A DNA stretch of 64,000 nucleotides from IMG/VR virus record IMGVR_UViG_3300020183_000008, positions 64,001 through 128,000 of that record; one strand, written 5' to 3'. The notes beneath the pieces were generated by a model. The model did not search any database. It saw only the letters and a program-made list of their open reading frames with translations, and was not told where the DNA came from. Of the stretch, positions 57,239 through 64,000 are shown piece after piece (the first letter of the stretch is position 1; every line of letters begins with the position of its first letter). The position numbers were made by a program, and so were the translations under genes. The DNA is from a virus.

Positions 57239-57798
57239 TGGCTTTATCAAACCTCGCTATGCGCGATTACATCCACTTGAAAAAAGGTGATACGCTCACT
57301 TGTGTGGCTGATCAGCTATTGCTTGATCAAGGTTGGAAGGGTGGAACTTTTCTGTCCTTTGCAAACGCTCTTATCGTAGATGGTAAAGCTGTACCTACAG
57401 TAACAGTATCCGATGGTATTTATGGTGGACCTTTAGCTCTTTGGGGTAGCGATGAACCTGAAGACAGGCAGACATCCTACACTGAGCAATATAAGCGATA
57501 CCGTTATGTGCAATGCACCTACGGTAATCAGATTTTCTTAACAAGAAATTTTGAGACCGTTTCTTTTTTTGAGCGAACAGGGTTATCTGTTTTAACAGAC
57601 AAGTATGGGCAAACGCACTCAGCCTTGAACACCACATCTTACGATTTGGAATATAAAGCAGGGCAGCTTTTATACGTGTCTGATAGAGGTTACCTGACAG
57701 CCGAAAAAATATGCGAAGGGTCGGTTCAATGGGGTATCGTTTTCGCAGAGCCGAATGAAGAAAATTCATATTTTCTAGGTGTGGCAAACACTAATTGA
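57238..57798 (+). CDS. Probable virion structural protein
   Basis: YKAGQLLYVSDRGYLT...GIV resembles head-decoration-type modules. Confidence 0.45.
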   Translation: MALSNLAMRDYIHLKKGDTLTCVADQLLLDQGWKGGTFLSFANALIVDGKAVPTVTVSDGIYGGPLALWGSDEPEDRQTSYTEQYKRYRYVQCTYGNQIFLTRNFETVSFFERTGLSVLTDKYGQTHSALNTTSYDLEYKAGQLLYVSDRGYLTAEKICEGSVQWGIVFAEPNEENSYFLGVANTN

Positions 57799-57821
57799 AC
57801 TTTCAGTGAAGAATCCTCAGA

Positions 57822-59162
57822 TTACGCCATTATGTCCTCAAAAGTCACCGTTCTCCCCTTCTCAGCAGGGTAATTTCGATCTGAGGGTTTTTCTGATGGT
57901 ATCAGAGGTGATACCTGAGAGGGTCTTTCTGTTCTCGTATTGAACGGTGGTGCAGGTTCTAATGCTTTCAATCCAACTTTATATGCGGTGTCTCCGAAAT
58001 CTAATTGTTGGAGTTGGAACATCTGCTGAAAAATAGCCCCGCGTTGACCTACATAATTTATAGATCCAACCGAAAACCTTTCACCTGTTGCTCGAACAAC
58101 GATATCCCTTTTGTTGAGCATCGGAGAAGGTCCTGTCCACGAATCGAAGGTATAATTCACTCGGAGACCTATCTCAGTCAATTCAATGTTTTTCTCAGCA
58201 TCAGGTGGAGCTATGATAATCTCAAAAGGACCTTCGTAACCACCTACGATGTTAGTACCGAAACAGATGGGGCAATCATGTGGTGAGTTTTCGTGAGTTT
58301 CAGAATACTCAGCGCAATTTTGACCGTTCCATTTTCTAATATAAACCTGAACACGCTCACCGCTTTGCTCAAGTATCCAACGGTTTCTACGTATAGACTC
58401 TTTCCAGATCCAATCGGTTTTTTCTTGTTGGAACAAGGTAACTGCTTTACACGAATTCAACTCGGACTCTAGTATTTGACCTTCGGTATCAAGAGCTACC
58501 GTTGTCAGCTTATAGAATATGCGATTGTGCAGAGATGTTGAAACTTTATTCGAATTGACTTTGTAGCTGATGGTCAAAGATCCTGAGATCGCAGTTGGTA
58601 GTCTTGGCGGTAAAACTTTTTGTGTTTGTGGATCCAAAATACCAGTGCTGATTAAGATAACATCACCTGTTCTAGGTTCAATTCGCAGAATCGGTACCTC
58701 TAGTAAACCTAAACCATCACCGTTATCGACTTTAACAATTACATCTCTAGTTGTAGCGTAGGGGGCATCCAAATTATCCGAAACGATTGGGTAGAAACGT
58801 GTTTTGAATCTCCATTCCCCTTGAGCATTTAAACCAGGGTCTAAATTCACAACGGACTCATCTTGAATGACTGTGTTTGTAGTGTGGTCGCGGTAGACAC
58901 CAACACCCAAAGGATCGCTGTTCAATTTTTGATATGGTCCTGCTTCAGAATCAAAACTGCGATAAATATTTACCCCGAGGATCGCACTGAAGATGGTGTT
59001 TTCAGGAATGAGTTTGGGGTCATCCCATCTAACATCGAGAACACCGTTGATATAAGGTGATAAAACAAACACATTCATAGGCGGCAAAGGGAGAGATGCG
59101 GAGGGCTTAGGCTCCGTTCTGTCAAATGGTTTGTTTGTCTTGTAGACCTCGTTGAATCGCAT
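57822..59162 (-). CDS. Probable head-completion/neck structural protein
   Basis: Fn3-like N-terminus (VRWDDP, GVNIYRS); CPICFGTNIVGGY; RDIVVRATGERFSV. Confidence 0.55.
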   Translation of the reverse strand: MRFNEVYKTNKPFDRTEPKPSASLPLPPMNVFVLSPYINGVLDVRWDDPKLIPENTIFSAILGVNIYRSFDSEAGPYQKLNSDPLGVGVYRDHTTNTVIQDESVVNLDPGLNAQGEWRFKTRFYPIVSDNLDAPYATTRDVIVKVDNGDGLGLLEVPILRIEPRTGDVILISTGILDPQTQKVLPPRLPTAISGSLTISYKVNSNKVSTSLHNRIFYKLTTVALDTEGQILESELNSCKAVTLFQQEKTDWIWKESIRRNRWILEQSGERVQVYIRKWNGQNCAEYSETHENSPHDCPICFGTNIVGGYEGPFEIIIAPPDAEKNIELTEIGLRVNYTFDSWTGPSPMLNKRDIVVRATGERFSVGSINYVGQRGAIFQQMFQLQQLDFGDTAYKVGLKALEPAPPFNTRTERPSQVSPLIPSEKPSDRNYPAEKGRTVTFEDIMA

Positions 59163-59487
59163 TTAATTTCCTTGCAAGTTCTTCACACTCGTCAATTTTA
59201 TTTGCTAAGTATTCAAAAACCGAATTCACTTCTTCCGGAGTAGCTTTACGGTTCAGCATCTCTTTTTCGTAAATTCTGTCTTTATAGAAAAATCCAATTT
59301 GCGAGTTAGCGCAAAGAAATGAAGAATTTTCTTCAAATTCGACTTTTTCTACGAAAAATCCACATGTCAAAGCAGAAAATTTATCTAAATCAACAATAAC
59401 TTTGTCTTTTCCTTGTTGTCGGATAACTTGAGCCATCCAGAATACGAATGAGCTAATCGACATCAAAAGGTACGAGATGGTATTCAT
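59122..59487 (-). CDS. Hypothetical protein
   Basis: 121 aa, coupled to uvrD. Confidence 0.5.
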   Translation of the reverse strand: MNTISYLLMSISSFVFWMAQVIRQQGKDKVIVDLDKFSALTCGFFVEKVEFEENSSFLCANSQIGFFYKDRIYEKEMLNRKATPEEVNSVFEYLANKIDECEELARKLNAIQRGLQDKQTI

Positions 59488-61193
59488 GAAGTTATGATAT
59501 CCAAAAAAGTATTTTTTGCAGGTATACCTTTGAAAGTCGTTTTAGGAAAAGATATAAATAAACGTGTCCTAGCTCTGGTGATCGCAACGTAATACAAACG
59601 GAGTTCTTCCTCTTGGTCTACTCGATGAAACTCAAAGCGATCGTTTCTCAGAGATGGGAAAAGACCATCGTAAACCCCGATGATGAAAACATTGTCCCAT
59701 TCAAGACCTTTGCTTGAATGAATTGTGGTGAGGGTGACACCTTCAGATGTTTTTTCATCGACCGAAAACATGATATCAGTCACGAATTTTTCTAAATCTT
59801 TTTGAGATGATGCGTATTCAAGAAATCTTTCTACCGCAAGGTCTCTCGGTTGGTCTGGGTATTTTTCTTTCACGTAGGGAATGTAAAATTTCTTTACTTC
59901 TTTAAGAAAAGTGCTTGTATCCCTATCAGAAAAAACATTTTGCAATTCTTTAATTGCCTCGTTTTTTACATTTTTAATTCCTGACTTAACGATTTCATCA
60001 GCAATTTGACTGCCTTTTACTTTTCCAATTTTCGGCAACATCCTAGCAATTCTAGTCCAAGCTATCGTATCTTTTGGGTTTGCATAACATCTCAAAAAAC
60101 AAATCACGTCTTGGATATGGTTTGCTGTAAGAAGGCTCTGTCCGCTCCAAACCGAAAAAGGGACTTGTTGAGATGTGAGTCTTAGCTGCATTTGCTGAGA
60201 TGCGTGATGCGACCTATACAGGATCGCCATCGAATCCCAACTGTGACCTTCGCGACGCAATTCAGCCATTTTGTTGTAAACCCAAGCTGATTCATCACCG
60301 CTATTGTCAGGTCTAGCTACGATTATTTTCGGAGCATCAGGTTCATTCCGTATAGGTACAAGTTCTACCTTTTCGGTCGATGTGAGTTTCCGAACCACCA
60401 AATTTGCGACCCTACAGACCTCTTGAGTCGACCTGTAATTTACTGACAAAGGGTAGTCGATGCACCCCTCGTTCGACCAATCTTGGAATGACTCCAGCGA
60501 TGCTCCGCGCCAACTATACAGACATTGCGCTGCATCACCGACAATAAAAAGATTGCGTTTAGGGTTTATCAAAGCCTTGGTAATCTCAGATTGAATAACC
60601 GAGTTATCCTGAGCTTCATCGACTAGAACTAATTCGAGATTTAACTTGATAACATCTTTGCGCAAAAGAAGTAAGAAGTCTTCAAGCAGGTCATCATAAT
60701 CTTTTAGATTTTTATCAATTTTATACGCTTTAAATTCAGTAGCTAATTTGGCAAGATCAGGATCTTTTATAGCCTCGTTCTTGTTTCTCGATGAACTAAT
60801 CAGAGCTACCAACTCAGAATTTTTACCTTCCCAACCCATGCGTTCAGCTAATTCACCGACAACATCGTGAACATCATTTTCAGACATCAGTGTATATTTA
60901 AATAATTTTTTCAGGTAATTGTGCGCAAAAGAGTGGAAGGTACCAGAGTAAACTTTTTCAGCGGAGTCACCTATGATTTTTTTGAGTCGAGTTTTTAACT
61001 CAGACCCCGCTTTTTTGGTAAAAGTTAAAGCGACTATTTTCGATGGATTTACACCCCTTTTAATTTCGTATGCTATTTTTGCAGTAAGCAAGGTTGTCTT
61101 ACCTGACCCTGCTCCCGCAATAACGCGCACGACACCAGAAGGGGCTTTTACAGCCGCTAATTGTTGAGAATTTAATTTTGAGAAAATACTCAT
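59484..61193 (-). CDS. UvrD/PcrA/Rep SF1A helicase
   Basis: AGAGSGKT, TFT, TFHS, VDEAQD, GDAAQCLYSWRGA, NYRS, TIHSSKGLEW, YVAITRAR. Confidence 0.95.
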   Translation of the reverse strand: MSIFSKLNSQQLAAVKAPSGVVRVIAGAGSGKTTLLTAKIAYEIKRGVNPSKIVALTFTKKAGSELKTRLKKIIGDSAEKVYSGTFHSFAHNYLKKLFKYTLMSENDVHDVVGELAERMGWEGKNSELVALISSSRNKNEAIKDPDLAKLATEFKAYKIDKNLKDYDDLLEDFLLLLRKDVIKLNLELVLVDEAQDNSVIQSEITKALINPKRNLFIVGDAAQCLYSWRGASLESFQDWSNEGCIDYPLSVNYRSTQEVCRVANLVVRKLTSTEKVELVPIRNEPDAPKIIVARPDNSGDESAWVYNKMAELRREGHSWDSMAILYRSHHASQQMQLRLTSQQVPFSVWSGQSLLTANHIQDVICFLRCYANPKDTIAWTRIARMLPKIGKVKGSQIADEIVKSGIKNVKNEAIKELQNVFSDRDTSTFLKEVKKFYIPYVKEKYPDQPRDLAVERFLEYASSQKDLEKFVTDIMFSVDEKTSEGVTLTTIHSSKGLEWDNVFIIGVYDGLFPSLRNDRFEFHRVDQEEELRLYYVAITRARTRLFISFPKTTFKGIPAKNTFLDIITS

Positions 61194-61296
61194 AGTCTTA
61201 CTGTAATAATATGAAATAGTAGAAGTAGCAAATCCGATTTCGGCGGAACCGATATTACTCTAATTTATAGATTTCTCAGGTTCCAAAGGGGAAAAA

Positions 61297-62550
61297 ATGA
61301 GCGTATCAAGAGAATCATTTGACATATCAAAAGGCTACCTCGAAGTTCAGTTCAATCAGGATGTTCCTCTTTTGGACTCAGAACTGAATGAAGCGCAAAA
61401 GATTATCCGTTCTTCTATTGAAGATACTAGAAGAGCTGGGTTCGGTACAGCATACGCAGGTGATGAATGGCGTGTTGTCGTAAGCCCTGACACGAACAGT
61501 ATTGTTGTAAAAAAAGGCACTTTTTTCCATAATGGCTACGCTGTCCGTTTGCTCCAAGATGTGACAATCGGATTTCTTACGACACCTGTGACAGATCGTG
61601 TCGATACAGTTTTCTGTGAATATTATTTTGGTACAGTTGATGCGACTCTCGATTCAGACATGCTTGATCCCGCTGTAGGGCTAGAAACATCACAGCGAAT
61701 CAAACTCTTCTTTTCTATCCGCGTAGGTGAAGGTGTTGCTTTCCCTGTACCTCAAGGTAACAGGTTTTATTTTCAGCTTGCAACACTAAGACGTGAAGCC
61801 GCAAATCCTAATATCACTGAATCTATGATTGTCGATGACCGATACAGAACAGTTCATACCTATGTTGTTAATGGAGCTGAAGTGAAATCCGCAGGTGGAC
61901 TTGCGGTTTCGGTGACATCAGGTCAAGTACGTGTAGCGGGAAACGATTACTTTGTAGAATCGAACCAACCTACGATTTCTCTGCCGGGAAATTCGACACG
62001 CTATCTCATAATGGCGGGTGAAACTATCTCTCAAGTCGCTCTATTACCTACTTCTTATCATGTGGTTCTTGCAAGAATCGTAACTGGAAGCTCAGGTATC
62101 AATATCATAGAAGATAACAGGGTGTTTCAACCTGTTATTTATGCTCAACCACGAGTGCAACCTGATGTGATTGACCCGAACCCTGAGACAGGTGTCGATA
62201 AGCAAAGTTATATGGCAGGTGAAGCCGTTCAAAAATTTGGTTTGGTTTATCTGACATCTACATCAAATGTGGTTCGCAAGGCTTCAAATATTTCAAGCGC
62301 AACAGCTCCAGTTGTTGGATTGGCTCTAACTCCTCTCGCTGCAAATAACGAAGGTTCTTTCCTACGTCGAGGTCAAGTCTATAATCCTTCATGGAATTGG
62401 ACTCTAGGACTTCCGATTTTTTTGGGATTAGATGGTAATATGACGCAAACACCACCTTCAGCGGATCTAACAATTATACAAAAAGTAGCCATGCCCGTGA
62501 CGCCATCAACGATTGAATTCAATCCTAGCTTTTTTACTGTGAGGAATTAA
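61297..62550 (+). CDS. Virion structural protein (DUF4815-like N-terminus)
   Basis: VQFNQDVPLLDSELNEAQ; ETSQRI; C-terminal AGEAV...WNWTLGLPIFLG module. Confidence 0.65.
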   Translation: MSVSRESFDISKGYLEVQFNQDVPLLDSELNEAQKIIRSSIEDTRRAGFGTAYAGDEWRVVVSPDTNSIVVKKGTFFHNGYAVRLLQDVTIGFLTTPVTDRVDTVFCEYYFGTVDATLDSDMLDPAVGLETSQRIKLFFSIRVGEGVAFPVPQGNRFYFQLATLRREAANPNITESMIVDDRYRTVHTYVVNGAEVKSAGGLAVSVTSGQVRVAGNDYFVESNQPTISLPGNSTRYLIMAGETISQVALLPTSYHVVLARIVTGSSGINIIEDNRVFQPVIYAQPRVQPDVIDPNPETGVDKQSYMAGEAVQKFGLVYLTSTSNVVRKASNISSATAPVVGLALTPLAANNEGSFLRRGQVYNPSWNWTLGLPIFLGLDGNMTQTPPSADLTIIQKVAMPVTPSTIEFNPSFFTVRN

Positions 62551-62553
62551 GAG

Positions 62554-64000
62554 ATGGCGCTAGAAAAATATCTAGTCGTAAGACCGGATGGACAAGTCGA
62601 AAAATCTAAGTCAGTTGATAAAATTGATTCTAGGTCATCATCGTTTTTCGCAGCTACCCCTTCAGTTTCACCATCTAAAGGGTTTACTATTCTTGGTGGC
62701 TACGCGGTAATCCTGAGAAATTTTGTGTCGATAAGCGATACAAACATTTCGATGGGTATCGGTGGTACTCACGAAACTGAGTCGATTCCGGCTGGGTATT
62801 GGAATCAAGCGGCTTTCAGCGTGACTCAAAATGGAACAATCGTAAAGACCGAAGGTACACCCGCTGCAACAAAAGAAGCTGTAGTGCCTCCTGTATTTCC
62901 TTTCGGGACGTTACCTATTTGTTTGGTGACTTATCAGGACAGTGGCTCTGGATCTGCGGGGACAATTAACGATCTGAATCCGGCTGAGATTATCGATAGA
63001 AGACCGTTTTTTTACGGATCCTATAATCAGCCGCTCGACTATACCGATGCGATTTCAGATTTTAAGATTGACCCTACATTTCCTGCAAGCACAGACTTGA
63101 TCGTTCGATTCGGTCATATTTATTTTTCTAACGGTCAGCTTGTTGAACTACCTGAAACAGTGCTTCCACTCGGCACAGGTGGTACGTATGAAGTACCCGC
63201 GAGCCCCGCAAATCAGTTCCGCGTGGGGGTTATTTGCCTCACCCAATATAGCTCAATCGAAATAGTTTGGTCGGATCCGAATGCTGATGATATGGCACTG
63301 GTTAGACCGAATCTGCCCCGAGGAATCATTCCCCTCGCCGCTGTGACCGTTCGGGATAACGGTTCCGCAGTCGTCGGATCGATCCGCCCAATCAGCAATG
63401 AGAACATTTCAGATACCCGACCCTCGACTTCAGCTATGTTGGGTATTCTCAGAGCAGATGACCTGAATTATGTAAAAGTTCAGTCGATGTTTCCCCCAGA
63501 TAAAAGAATTACCATCAACGGGGGAATCATTTACCCATCAGCAGGACTTCTGATTGATTATGAAACTGAAATCCTTGATTTCGGTACAGGGGTAAATCAG
63601 TTAACACCGCTGAGTAATGGTTACTGGAAACGCATTCTTATTTCATTAGATGCTGCTGGGAACACGCTTCTATTTTACTCCGCTGAAAGCAGTGACCGCG
63701 CTTCCCTAATCAACCCAATCATCCCTAAAAATGTCATACCTCTCGCGTACGTTGATGTTCAGGATGACTTTGCTGGGTTAGCCGGAAGTATCCGCCCAAT
63801 CAAAAACGAGCATATTCGGGATATCCGTCCTTGGCTTGGTGCTTCTGGCAGTGGCGCAGGCGGTGTGACACCCGCTTCATCCATTTATAGTGATTACCTT
63901 AACACATCATCTTGGGAACAAGGTTTTTATGAAGATTTCCAAGATGATGATTTGATCGATACAGATAATACGACCGGTGATGTTGATGTTTTAGTTGACA
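62554..64000 (+). CDS. Repeat-containing virion structural protein (partial, runs off the window)
   Basis: Not in the ORF track. ATG at 62554, frame open to the end (MALEKYLVVRPDGQ...); three ~135-140-aa repeats ending in I-x-D-x-R-P. Confidence 0.75.
   Translation, partial: MALEKYLVVRPDGQVEKSKSVDKIDSRSSSFFAATPSVSPSKGFTILGGYAVILRNFVSISDTNISMGIGGTHETESIPAGYWNQAAFSVTQNGTIVKTEGTPAATKEAVVPPVFPFGTLPICLVTYQDSGSGSAGTINDLNPAEIIDRRPFFYGSYNQPLDYTDAISDFKIDPTFPASTDLIVRFGHIYFSNGQLVELPETVLPLGTGGTYEVPASPANQFRVGVICLTQYSSIEIVWSDPNADDMALVRPNLPRGIIPLAAVTVRDNGSAVVGSIRPISNENISDTRPSTSAMLGILRADDLNYVKVQSMFPPDKRITINGGIIYPSAGLLIDYETEILDFGTGVNQLTPLSNGYWKRILISLDAAGNTLLFYSAESSDRASLINPIIPKNVIPLAYVDVQDDFAGLAGSIRPIKNEHIRDIRPWLGASGSGAGGVTPASSIYSDYLNTSSWEQGFYEDFQDDDLIDTDNTTGDVDVLVD

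Noticed and set aside
999-63407. Numerous short ORFs antisense to or nested within long genes in the ORF track
   Set aside because: They are shadows of well-supported genes, with no motifs or RBS.
1-64000. Alternative genetic code, eukaryotic giant virus or bacterial chromosome
   Set aside because: Genes tile densely in code 11 using all three stops. Shine-Dalgarno sites, sigma-like factors, DnaB, RecA and tail genes, with no ribosomal or central-metabolism operons, indicate a bacteriophage.

Overview
A gene-dense, AT-rich (about 37% GC by eye), standard-code fragment of a large tailed bacteriophage, probably a jumbo myophage of a diderm host. The left half is mostly on the minus strand. It carries a tail tube-initiator/hub-like gene, a tape-measure-like gene, Hsp20, PhoH, two divergent sigma70-like factors, a family A DNA polymerase, a dTDP-sugar/glycosyltransferase/2OG-oxygenase cluster, a stand-alone primase zinc finger, DnaB, a degenerate helicase loader, SNF2 and two paralogous ~1150-aa structural proteins. 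The right half is mostly on the plus strand. It carries an IrrE/ImmA-like peptidase, DksA/TraR, clamp-loader delta'/delta, NrdAB, a truncated LigA, RecD2, HU, Lon, a gp32-like SSB, RuvC, RecA, a split SbcC with SbcD and a Cas4-like nuclease, UvrD and further structural genes. At the strand switch (31.8-33.4 kb) is a 1.6-kb non-coding region. It holds a CRISPR-looking array whose spacers alternate between two types, 94-bp duplicated blocks, an AT-rich tract and a 12-bp tandem repeat, and is a candidate origin or ncRNA locus. A 9-mer, TCCGCCGAA, recurs near gene starts and inside predicted promoters, including one pointing into the array. All calls come from reading motifs by eye; no searches were run.
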